A model generated the notes under the pieces. The model did not search any database. It saw nothing but the letters and a program-made list of their open reading frames with translations, and was not told the DNA's origin. From an uncultured Thermococci archaeon (GTDB lineage Archaea > Methanobacteriota_B > Thermococci > Thermococcales > Thermococcaceae), in contig CAZAPD010000024.1 of assembly GCA_964487115.1 (NCBI GenBank), positions 1-13,148 of the forward strand: DNA of 13,148 bases, written 5' to 3'. The position numbers and the translations under genes were made by a program. Below are positions 1-7,549 of the stretch, one piece after another; the stretch's first letter is position 1; each line of letters opens with the position of its first letter.

Positions 1-230
1 TGACGACGAAGCTCATCGAGCTTGCCGAAGGGAGGGGCATACCGCACGTCGTTGATTTCTTCCCCTACTACGGCTCCGACGGTTCGGCCGCTTTGAGGGC
101 CGGCTGGGACTTCAGGGTTGCCCTAATCGGGCCGGGCGTCCACGCCAGCCACGGCATGGAGAGGCCGCACGTCAAGGGCCTGCTCGCGACGAAGGAGCTG
201 ATGAGGGCTTACATTGAGGAAAAACTATAA
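1..230 (+). CDS. M42 family metallopeptidase, C-terminal part (truncated by the window start)
   Basis: Frame from position 3 reads TTKLIELAEGRGIPHVVDFFPYYGSDGSAALRAGWDFRVALIGPGVHASHGMERPHVKGLLATKELMRAYIEEKL*, with TAA at 228-230. YGSD and IGPGVxASHxxER are typical of the YhfE-like M42 C-terminus. Not in the supplied ORF track. Confidence 0.85.
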   Translation, partial: TTKLIELAEGRGIPHVVDFFPYYGSDGSAALRAGWDFRVALIGPGVHASHGMERPHVKGLLATKELMRAYIEEKL

Positions 231-235
231 CGCCC

Positions 236-1096
236 TCACTCCAGTTTTGACCGGATCTCTAACAGAATCTCTTTCAGTTCTTTTATTTCCCGCTCCAGCC
301 CATCGAGCCTGTTTATGACCTCCATGTAGAACTCTCCGCTTGTGATGGCCTTTTGCATCTTATCCCTCTCTTTTTTCATTTCTGCTAATTCATCTGCCAA
401 TTGTGTGATCCTGTCCGAGTGCTTTTCTATAGCTTCTTTTAGCTCGGGGAAGTTCTCAAGGAGCAATTTGCCGATTTCCCAAGTTCTCTTTTCTTTAAAT
501 ATTTCTGCGACTTTAGCATGGTTGCTTGGTGTATCTGGAAGACCTTCGTGAAGCAATTCTCCAAGTTCCACAACTAGCTCAGTAATTTTTTCAGCTTCAT
601 CTTTACTAATATCAAGACCAGTTTCTCTCGCGGATTCTGTCACACTTTCTTTTACTATTTCTCTGTGTTCTTTGGTTGGCACTACGTACCTTATTTGTTT
701 GAACAATCTCTCTGCTATTTCCTTCTGAGCAAAATTTACTGCACTTTCTAGAGGGATTTCTAGACGTTCGTATAATATAGCGGGGAGAATTCGGAGGAAT
801 AGTGTGCCTTTTAACGATTCAGTTAACGATTTAGCGTGAGTGTATTTGTTCGTCGTATTGTACGGGCCCCATGACGGTATATCACTTCTGTTTATTACTC
901 TATTTGTTCTTGCAAGCATTTTTTCATCAGAACTTTTCACTATGTTCTTGACAAATATGCCAAAGTCAGATCCCCAGTTTTCGTAGAACAAATCAGCAAT
1001 ATTTATTGCAACATTATGAATCTTCACTTTCCTTTTCATATTCTTTAGCTCTTTTTCGAGCTCTCTGTAGTTCTTAGGATCAATTTCGTACATCAT
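236..1096 (-). CDS. Hypothetical protein, predominantly helical, with C-terminal coiled coil
   Basis: 289-aa ORF in the track (TTG at 1105). The likely start is ATG at 1096 or 1093 behind GGTGA. Heptad-like tail (LADELAEMKKERDKMQ...LDGLEREIKELKEILLEIRSKLE). No family recognised. Confidence 0.75.
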   Translation of the reverse strand: MMYEIDPKNYRELEKELKNMKRKVKIHNVAINIADLFYENWGSDFGIFVKNIVKSSDEKMLARTNRVINRSDIPSWGPYNTTNKYTHAKSLTESLKGTLFLRILPAILYERLEIPLESAVNFAQKEIAERLFKQIRYVVPTKEHREIVKESVTESARETGLDISKDEAEKITELVVELGELLHEGLPDTPSNHAKVAEIFKEKRTWEIGKLLLENFPELKEAIEKHSDRITQLADELAEMKKERDKMQKAITSGEFYMEVINRLDGLEREIKELKEILLEIRSKLE

Positions 1097-1240
1097 GTTC
1101 ACCAAACCTGTTACTGTCCAGTATTTCTTGCTAAATTAAAAGCAAAGCATGCATTGAACAAATTATCCTCTTGCCCCATTGCAAGCAACCATCTAACGTT
1201 ACATTCAAAAGGATAAAACCCTTTCGCCCTGAAGGAAAGC

Positions 1241-1248
1241 CATAAATA
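1241..1248 (+). promoter_or_regulatory. Putative BRE/TATA promoter of the nucleotidyltransferase operon
   Basis: GAAAGC-CATAAATA about 35 bp upstream of ATG 1281. Confidence 0.45.
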
Positions 1249-1280
1249 GCTGCCCCTCGAAGTCTCCACAGGTGCATGGC

Positions 1281-1862
1281 ATGGGCATAAAGCTAACCCC
1301 TGAAAGGATCGAGATAACGAGGGAGCTCAGCGACCTCGACAGATTTGTGTTCGATTCAGTTGAGCTCATCGAAAAATACACCCGGTATGTGATAGTCAGC
1401 GGGTACGTGACGATCCTTCTCGGCCGCTCCCGCGGCACGGAGGACATTGACTTTGTGATTGAAAGACTGCCGCGTGAGAAATTTCTGAAACTGTGCAGGG
1501 AAGCCGAGAGAAGAGGTTTTGAATTCCTGAATCCAGAAGACTGCGAGGGCCTTTATGAGATGCTCGAGGAAAGAATGGGCATTAGAATGGCCCGCAGTGG
1601 CGAGATAATCCCCAACGCCGAGATTAAGTTCCCCAAAGACTGCTTCCACGCGGAGGCACTTGAACATAGAGTTCCCGTCGTGTTCAACGGCAAAACGCTC
1701 TACATCTCACCAATCGAACTCCAGATAGCATACAAGCTCTACCTTGGAAGTGACAAGGACATCGAAGATGCGTTCTTCCTCTACGAGCTGTTTAAAGAGA
1801 ACCTGAACCGGAGGGCCCTTCATGAGTACGCAAAGAGGCTCGGCGTCGAAGTTTCCTTCTAA
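1281..1862 (+). CDS. Pol-beta superfamily nucleotidyltransferase (AbiEii/DUF6036-like)
   Basis: Motif YVIVSGYVTILLGRSRGTEDIDF matches hG[GS]x9-13DhD. The C-terminal IAYKLYLGSDKDIEDA matches the K...RxKDxxD pattern of AbiEii-like NTases. Start placed at ATG 1281 (track start 1272). Confidence 0.8.
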   Translation: MGIKLTPERIEITRELSDLDRFVFDSVELIEKYTRYVIVSGYVTILLGRSRGTEDIDFVIERLPREKFLKLCREAERRGFEFLNPEDCEGLYEMLEERMGIRMARSGEIIPNAEIKFPKDCFHAEALEHRVPVVFNGKTLYISPIELQIAYKLYLGSDKDIEDAFFLYELFKENLNRRALHEYAKRLGVEVSF

Positions 1863-1869
1863 GCGCGAC

Positions 1870-2040
1870 ATGGAGGAAAGGCTGGCCTTCATAAGGCTCT
1901 ACGTTAAATGGCTCAAGGAGAACCCCGATGAGGTCTTCAGCCAGCAGGTTAAGCTGGTAAATTCTTTCCTCAAAGCGGCGAGGGACTTTCCCCTCACGAA
2001 GGAGGAGTATCTAAGACTGAAGGGTGAGCTCAGGAAGTAA
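1870..2040 (+). CDS. Small helical protein, probable partner/antitoxin of the nucleotidyltransferase
   Basis: MEERLAFIRLYVKWLKENPDEVFSQQVKLVNSFL..., with coding-like codon usage. The frame is open from 1822 and overlaps the upstream gene, so the start is uncertain (1822-1870). Confidence 0.65.
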   Translation: MEERLAFIRLYVKWLKENPDEVFSQQVKLVNSFLKAARDFPLTKEEYLRLKGELRK

Positions 2041-2062
2041 GCCCCCCAAGACTGTGATTCCA

Positions 2063-2075
2063 CTTTTTGAATTTT
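2063..2075 (+). terminator. Putative oligo-T terminator
   Basis: CTTTTTGAATTTT about 23 nt after stop 2040. Confidence 0.4.
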
Positions 2076-2164
2076 CCCTTTAATAGACAGGTGTCTGTCC
2101 GGTAAATTGAGAAATTGGGGAAAGTCTTTTTACCCTCACAGTCAAATCTATGACGGGTGAGGGA

Positions 2165-2347
2165 ATGGAGAACGCTGAAGGAAAAATTGGGATGAACATC
2201 GAATGGCGGGTTAGGATGGATAAGCTCAGGGCCGATGCGAGGGCAAACGTGGACGAGGTTTTGAAGAGGGCCTTCGGCTACCTGAAAACCTCCAAGAGCT
2301 GGGAAGAGCTGGAGGCTGAGCTCTATGAGGAGCTTTCTGGTGGATAG
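2165..2347 (+). CDS. Putative VapB-like antitoxin
   Basis: About 60 aa with an acidic C-terminus (AFGYLKTSKSWEELEAELYEE). ATG 2165 follows GGTGAGGGA. Overlaps the PIN gene by 23 bp. Confidence 0.7.
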   Translation: MENAEGKIGMNIEWRVRMDKLRADARANVDEVLKRAFGYLKTSKSWEELEAELYEELSGG

Positions 2348-2780
2348 CAACGTTTTCATCGAGGCACTCAAAGGGAACGGTGAGGCAGAGGGCATACTTG
2401 CACGCCTCCTGCGCTCGGACTGGAGGGTCTTCATAAACGACGTTGTCTTCAGCGAGGTCATGTACCACTTCATACGCATAAGAGCCGGCCCCTACTGGAG
2501 CGCCAAGAAGAATCCTGAAAAAGTCTCCAAGGCCGTCGAAGAGTTCGAGAGGGTCGTGCTCCCCCTGCTCGCGATTCCCGATTTCCTTGAAGTGAATTAC
2601 GACATCTCTACAATCGCTCTCCGCATCTCAAAGACATACGGCCTGCTTCCGAACGATGCACTCATACTCGCCACCGCCGAGTACTACGGCGTTGATACCC
2701 TCGTATCCCTTGACCGGGACTTTAAGAGCGCCTGTAAGGGAGAGGGAATTAAACTGGTGGCATCTACTAAAGAACTGTAG
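2325..2780 (+). CDS. vapC: VapC-family PIN domain ribonuclease toxin
   Basis: Acidic PIN motifs FLVDSNVF, VFSEV, YGLLPNDALILAT and LVSLDRDF. Confidence 0.92.
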   Translation: MRSFLVDSNVFIEALKGNGEAEGILARLLRSDWRVFINDVVFSEVMYHFIRIRAGPYWSAKKNPEKVSKAVEEFERVVLPLLAIPDFLEVNYDISTIALRISKTYGLLPNDALILATAEYYGVDTLVSLDRDFKSACKGEGIKLVASTKEL

Positions 2781-2850
2781 ACAGGAGCAGTCCTAGAACA
2801 TCTTGGTCTTAAGGCGGTTTAAGGGAGTAAGCCCCTAAACGTTGCCAAGC

Positions 2851-2870
2851 AAAAAAAGTGTAAAGAAAAA
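2851..2870 (-). terminator. Oligo-T terminator of the SPFH operon
   Basis: Minus strand reads TTTTTCTTTACACTTTTTTT directly after the TGA at 2873-2875. Confidence 0.6.
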
Positions 2871-2872
2871 GC

Positions 2873-3859
2873 TCATTCAATCTTAGCTCCACAAATCGGG
2901 CAGAACTTTGCACCTTCCGGAACTATGTGTCCGTTGGGACAGCGGTTTATCTTTGCCCCGCAGTTTGGACAGAATCTCGCTCCGGGAGGTAAGGGATTCC
3001 CACAGTTGGGGCATATTTCCTTCTGCTGGGTTTGAGCAGCTGGCTGCTGTTGCTGGGCGGGGGGGACGCCAGCCCCAGCATAAGGCTGTGCTGGTTGCTG
3101 GTATGCGGGAGGCTGCATTAGCTGGGGAATCAGCATCATTCCTGCCCCAACAGCTGCTCCCTGGCTTTTTCCAAGCTCAGCTGCCACCTGTTTAGTTGTA
3201 TCCATCTGCATGACGTATTGAGCGTTTCCTGTCTGCATGATCCAGAAGAGTCTCTGCCTCCATTCGTCGGTTGTGTTGACGCCTTCAATTTTCACATCAA
3301 CCAGCTCAAGGCCAAGCCTACGGAAATCTTCAAGGAGCTTAACCTTAACCTGAGTGCTAACCATATCGAGGTTCTGGAAGAGGTCGACGATAGAATAGGT
3401 GGAGAGGTGCTTCATCATATTTTCGTTGAAGTAAGCCCTTACGAACTTTGTAACATCACTTGCATCGTAAAGCCCTTGCCCTCCAACAACTTCGGTTATG
3501 AAGAGAACCGGGTCACCAACTTTGAACCAGTACACTCCGTAATATTTGATCGGTGCAAGCTCTCTTGTCTGCGTCTCTCCTCCATAGCGTCCCTGAAACT
3601 GCTTCATACTGACGAAAATCACCGTCGCCTTGAAGGGGCTGTTTGATCCGCCAACAAGCTTGTAGAGGAGTGGTAGGTTCTGGGTCGTCAGCGTGTGCCT
3701 TCCGGGACCGAGGACATCGTAGATCTTGCCATCGCGCATAAACACGGCAACCTCATATTCATGGACTATCAGCTGGCTTCCCCATTTGATAACTTCATTG
3801 GGGTAGCGCCAGATTATTTCGTCCTCTCCGGGATTAACCCATTCGATTACAGTTACCAT
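2873..3859 (-). CDS. SPFH/band-7 domain protein with Pro/Gln linker and C-terminal double zinc ribbon (YdjI-like)
   Basis: N-terminus IEW...IIWRYP...GSQLIVHEYEVAVFMRDGKIYDVLGPGRHTLTTQNLP is the SPFH (Band_7_1) signature. The C-terminus has CPNC-CPNC-CPNGH-CPIC. Start ATG 3859 behind AGGTGA (track start 3868). Confidence 0.9.
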   Translation of the reverse strand: MVTVIEWVNPGEDEIIWRYPNEVIKWGSQLIVHEYEVAVFMRDGKIYDVLGPGRHTLTTQNLPLLYKLVGGSNSPFKATVIFVSMKQFQGRYGGETQTRELAPIKYYGVYWFKVGDPVLFITEVVGGQGLYDASDVTKFVRAYFNENMMKHLSTYSIVDLFQNLDMVSTQVKVKLLEDFRRLGLELVDVKIEGVNTTDEWRQRLFWIMQTGNAQYVMQMDTTKQVAAELGKSQGAAVGAGMMLIPQLMQPPAYQQPAQPYAGAGVPPAQQQQPAAQTQQKEICPNCGNPLPPGARFCPNCGAKINRCPNGHIVPEGAKFCPICGAKIE

Positions 3860-3860
3860 T

Positions 3861-4355
3861 TCATTCACCTGCCGCGAAGCTCATTCTGCTTGATATAACA
3901 CTCTCAAGTTCATTAAGTTTATCTTCGAGGTTCAGAACCGCCATTCCGAGCTGTTGAGGGTTGGCCACTGCCGTGTTTATTGCTCTGGCATCCTCAATTA
4001 TTGCCTGTGCGTTTTCAATCATTTTGGCATCATATTCAATCAGTTTCTTCAGTTCATCTTCTTTGAATTTAATCCGGTCAAAATAACCTCTGTAGCCGGC
4101 CTCAGCATGCCTTATCCTTCCCTCCAGCATCATGGTTTTTTTCCTGAGGTTCTCAATTGCCATAAGTTGGGGACATCCCACCATTGCACATCTCTGAAGT
4201 GCTCTTTCAAGCTCTCTCTTTGCCTGTTCAAGGAGTTCGGCAACTTTGCCCCTTATAAGCCTGTCATCTTCCCTCAAAAGCTCTTTCTTCTTATAACCAT
4301 GGAATCCAGGGATCACAAGTTCAATCTTTTCAAATATTGAGGTTTCCTTCCCCAT
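3861..4355 (-). CDS. Conserved hypothetical alpha-helical/coiled-coil protein
   Basis: 164-aa ORF in the operon, RBS GAGGTG upstream. Motifs IPGFHGYKKKELLREDD and AEAGYRGYF with amphipathic helices. Confidence 0.85.
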   Translation of the reverse strand: MGKETSIFEKIELVIPGFHGYKKKELLREDDRLIRGKVAELLEQAKRELERALQRCAMVGCPQLMAIENLRKKTMMLEGRIRHAEAGYRGYFDRIKFKEDELKKLIEYDAKMIENAQAIIEDARAINTAVANPQQLGMAVLNLEDKLNELESVISSRMSFAAGE

Positions 4356-4367
4356 ATAGACACCTCC

Positions 4368-5255
4368 TCAGGGTTTGAAATGTATATGTTCATAAACCCT
4401 TCTTATCTGCCCTGTGGTCTGGATTCTGTGGGCACTCTTGAAAAGTATGGGGGCCGCTCCTACTAATCCCGGTATAAATCCTCCCAAAAAGCCCCAAAGT
4501 CCTCCTGTGGCCGCAAAGACGATGCCTGCAATTATACCAGCACCCAGTACTCCTCCTCCCAGCACTCCAGCCTTTTTTCTGGCTTCACTGGTCATTGGGT
4601 ATTTTGCCTCTATTACTCTTCCATCAGCTCCATCGACAAAGCCGTAGAACTCTTCGCCTCCATATTCGTAATGAACTTCCCAGACCGGATAATGCACAAG
4701 CCCTTGGTAATGCACATCAAGAACAAGCCTATCCTCACTGAACCAGTCTCCGGAGTCTCTGGCCTCCTCCCTAATAGCCGCAACGACTTTGCTGACGGCT
4801 TCTTTTTCTGCTTCATCTTTACTGATTTCAGGTTCGTAGTATTTGCCTTTTTTCACGATGTTTTCATCAAAGAAGCGTTTTCCTCTAACAGGGAATGGAT
4901 AGTCTCTAAGAAGTTCCTTAAACTTTCCAACTGCAGGTACTCCTATGAGCATGACTTCCTCAGCTGTGCTTCCTTGGAGATTTCCATGGATGTAGAAGAA
5001 ATGTACAGGGACGTAGTGGAGAACCTTCTCCTTAACTCTGGCATCCACGATATCAGCTGGAGCACCGTACTCCCTTGAGATAAACTTCAACAGCAAACCT
5101 GCGGCATCCTTTCCTATTGGTGGGAAAAAGAAGTGATCACCAACTTTTTCTTTACTTTCAAGTTCGAATGTTGTTCCGCAGTACGGGCATGTCGCAACGG
5201 TTATTGTCTCGGGAACAACAAATTTAGCCGAGCATGTTGGACACTGCACTTCCAT
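4368..5255 (-). CDS. Zinc-ribbon membrane protein (YdjG-like), paralogue 2
   Basis: N-terminal CPTC...CPYCG, HYPVWEVHYEYGG...VDGADG, then two Gly-rich hydrophobic segments. Start ATG 5255 behind GAGGTGA (track start 5264). Confidence 0.85.
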   Translation of the reverse strand: MEVQCPTCSAKFVVPETITVATCPYCGTTFELESKEKVGDHFFFPPIGKDAAGLLLKFISREYGAPADIVDARVKEKVLHYVPVHFFYIHGNLQGSTAEEVMLIGVPAVGKFKELLRDYPFPVRGKRFFDENIVKKGKYYEPEISKDEAEKEAVSKVVAAIREEARDSGDWFSEDRLVLDVHYQGLVHYPVWEVHYEYGGEEFYGFVDGADGRVIEAKYPMTSEARKKAGVLGGGVLGAGIIAGIVFAATGGLWGFLGGFIPGLVGAAPILFKSAHRIQTTGQIRRVYEHIHFKP

Positions 5256-5260
5256 CTTTC

Positions 5261-6229
5261 TCACCTCTCTATTCTTGTTCCTGCAAGAACTTTACTCCCG
5301 GAGTAGTATGCTATTCCAGCTCCTGCTATGAGAGGTATTATGGCAGCTCCTGAGGAGATGGCTGCAGCTCCAATCCCTCCAATCAAAATCCCCACGATGA
5401 TTCCACCCATATACATGGCTCTTCTCAAAGCTGTCATAGGTTCGGTAGCAGCGACATCTTTACCATCCCATCCTGAAAATGCAACCTTAAAGATTGAATT
5501 TCCATATTTGTAATATACTGTCCATATCGGGAGAAGAACGAGCTTCACATCCTCTGGTTCACTGGGTTCGCAGCGGAAATATTCTATTTCATCAGACTTA
5601 GCTTTGTATTCTTCCCTGACGACGTCAACAGCATCTTCTTTCATGAGCATTTTTGCTTGTTTCTCATCCATCTCCGTGTTCAGTATTTCGAGCTTTATTT
5701 TCTGCCACTCCTCTTCGTCGAGCTCTTTCAGAGGTTTTAGCTTTGGAGAATTCTTTTTGTAATGTTTGATTATGTCATTTATTCCAAAATCGGTGACCTG
5801 TCTTCTTGCCGAACCCATTAGATAAAGCGTTCTGTCTATGAACTCATGGTAATGCCTCTCAACTGTGTGGCATTCTTCCCTGGTGTTTCCTTCACTGTCA
5901 GTCACAGTGTGGCATTCGGTTTCTCTTTTCATGTATTTGACTTCGCCTGTTAGGTAGACCCGGCCTCTCCAGTAAGGGACATAGTGCCCTTCAATTTCCA
6001 CAACTTGAATATCGTCTTTAAGTCTTCTGAGATCCATATCTCGTTCAACCCTCTTTAGGAATGCTTGGTGGATTTTGTCCTTCTTGAGGCTGGGAGCAAT
6101 GTATATATGCTCTGTATCAATGTTACCACTTATGTGGTTTGGATAGCCGCAATATGGACATATCGCTATAATTGTCTCGGGAGATACCTCCAAAGGAGCA
6201 TCACATCTTTCACATTTAAAGGCCTGCAT
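5261..6229 (-). CDS. Zinc-ribbon membrane protein (YdjG-like), paralogue 1
   Basis: N-terminal CERC...CPYCG, LLPIWTVYYKYG...FSGWDG, and a C-terminal Gly/Ala-rich transmembrane hairpin. Confidence 0.85.
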   Translation of the reverse strand: MQAFKCERCDAPLEVSPETIIAICPYCGYPNHISGNIDTEHIYIAPSLKKDKIHQAFLKRVERDMDLRRLKDDIQVVEIEGHYVPYWRGRVYLTGEVKYMKRETECHTVTDSEGNTREECHTVERHYHEFIDRTLYLMGSARRQVTDFGINDIIKHYKKNSPKLKPLKELDEEEWQKIKLEILNTEMDEKQAKMLMKEDAVDVVREEYKAKSDEIEYFRCEPSEPEDVKLVLLPIWTVYYKYGNSIFKVAFSGWDGKDVAATEPMTALRRAMYMGGIIVGILIGGIGAAAISSGAAIIPLIAGAGIAYYSGSKVLAGTRIER

Positions 6230-6454
6230 GGGGCATCACTATCTTAGATAAATGATTTTCTAAGTATTTAAGGATGTCGCATTTAAATTTCGAAAGTATG
6301 TTGAAAACAAAAGTTTAAATTTCAAACTTTGGATGTTTAATGTTACAAAATCGAAACTAAAAGTTTAAAAAACTATTTATTATATTTCATGTAGAATCCC
6401 ATTAGTTGTGGGATTTCTAACTAATGATTAAAACATCAGTGGATGTGGGTTGGA
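6230..6454. promoter_or_regulatory. Divergent AT-rich promoter region with inverted repeats
   Basis: Several TTTAAA TATA-like boxes, GTTgaaAAC at 6300-6308, AAAGTTT-n7-AAACTTT at 6310-6330, and overlapping inverted repeats at 6395-6426. Confidence 0.65.
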
Positions 6455-6757
6455 ATGGTGGAAAATTTAAGTGGCAGATATGTTATGTGGTCTGTTAATC
6501 CATTCAACATGCTCTATCAAATTTGGCATGAGATTAATAGCGGGGCGAAATTCGGCGTTCCCCATATCGTTGGAACTGTGAAAGTCGATGGCGGTAGAAT
6601 AGTGGAGATGGAAATCGAGGCAGTTCCCCATGCAAGGGAAATTAAACTTATTTTTGCAGAAGAAAATAGGATCTATTTTCTTATACCCATCAGGGTGGAA
6701 GAAGGCATTGAGGGGGCCTATCTGCGTCTCATAAAAGCTCTGGGGGTGGTTGGATGA
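6455..6757 (+). CDS. Small hypothetical protein, possibly Roadblock/longin-like fold
   Basis: About 100 aa. Its stop overlaps the next start (ATGA, 6754-6757). The beta-beta-beta-alpha C-terminal pattern resembles Roadblock/LC7, a tentative fold call. Start at 6443 or 6455. Confidence 0.7.
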   Translation: MVENLSGRYVMWSVNPFNMLYQIWHEINSGAKFGVPHIVGTVKVDGGRIVEMEIEAVPHAREIKLIFAEENRIYFLIPIRVEEGIEGAYLRLIKALGVVG

Positions 6758-7548
6758 AACGCAAGGAAGCCACGCTCACTGTTCTAACAGATACTGAGTC
6801 TATAAGAAAAATTCTAAATGACCCAGCATCTTTTGTCACAAACTGGCCGTATGTGGTCAAGGTCAACACTAAAAAAGGTGTTGTCGCTGAGATAATGCTT
6901 CCAAGGTTTTTATTCAAATTTAGAGACGTTTACACCTTTACGCTGTCTACAGACTACAACAGCTATATCTACGAAGGGGTTGGAGAAAAAAGTAGCATGA
7001 TAGTCGTTATAACTTTAAAAGAGTCCTCAAAAAATGTCCAGATTCACGTAGAAATCTCCTATTCTGGGCGAGGAGAGTTTCTACTTGGAAAACCACTCCA
7101 GATACTTGCCAACGGAATAGCGAAAAGTATAGAGGAGCTTGTTAATGCACAGACCACACAAACGCTCTCAGGGCACACTGAGAATATAATATATAACGTT
7201 GATTTCTCGGACCCTATGAGTGTTGCAAAATTTCTTTCAAAAGCTAAAATGATGCACAGTGGACTTCATATAGTTCCTCAGGGAGGACTGTTTGATGTAA
7301 TTGCAGAATTGAGGAAAAGTACAAGGGAAGACGTGCTCTATGTTTCTGGCATAGTACAAGATGGTTCAAAATCGTTCAAGATGCTTCTTCATGGAAGTCA
7401 GATAGTTGCCCTTGAATATCGGGAAGGTGGAGAATTAAAAACCGTAAAAGTTGAAAACGAGGAAAAAGCCAAGGAGGTAGTGGATATCGCCTCCAATATT
7501 GAGGGGGCATATATGATTAACGTTTGGGTTCCTGTGGGGGGGATTTAA
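6754..7548 (+). CDS. Two-domain protein: N-terminal START/SRPBCC (CoxG/STK_08120-like) domain and C-terminal PATAN/DUF2226-like domain
   Basis: ESIRKILNDPASFVTNWPYVVKV resembles the SRPBCC/CoxG 'L.DP.....PG' motif. LFDVIAELRK...VLYVSG...FKMLLHGSQIVALEY resembles the PATAN pattern. The ORF is solid; the domain calls are by eye. Confidence 0.65.
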   Translation: MKRKEATLTVLTDTESIRKILNDPASFVTNWPYVVKVNTKKGVVAEIMLPRFLFKFRDVYTFTLSTDYNSYIYEGVGEKSSMIVVITLKESSKNVQIHVEISYSGRGEFLLGKPLQILANGIAKSIEELVNAQTTQTLSGHTENIIYNVDFSDPMSVAKFLSKAKMMHSGLHIVPQGGLFDVIAELRKSTREDVLYVSGIVQDGSKSFKMLLHGSQIVALEYREGGELKTVKVENEEKAKEVVDIASNIEGAYMINVWVPVGGI

Positions 7549-7549
7549 C

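Noticed and set aside
156..170. ERPH where I recall ERTH in related M42 peptidases
   Set aside because: A single-base difference (CCG versus ACG). It could be a variant or a sequencing error and cannot be judged without an alignment.
3020..3125. Repetitive GCTG/CTGG-rich DNA as a repeat array or CRISPR
   Set aside because: Explained by the Pro/Gln/Ala linker codons of the SPFH protein. I saw no repeat-spacer periodicity anywhere in the window.
342..5513. Short antisense or alternate-frame ORFs in the track (e.g. 342-551, 1205-1447, 1356-1667, 2030-2479, 2908-3195, 3218-3646, 3954-4340, 4414-4647, 4671-5078, 5328-5513)
   Set aside because: They overlap well-supported genes, have shadow-like composition and show no motifs.
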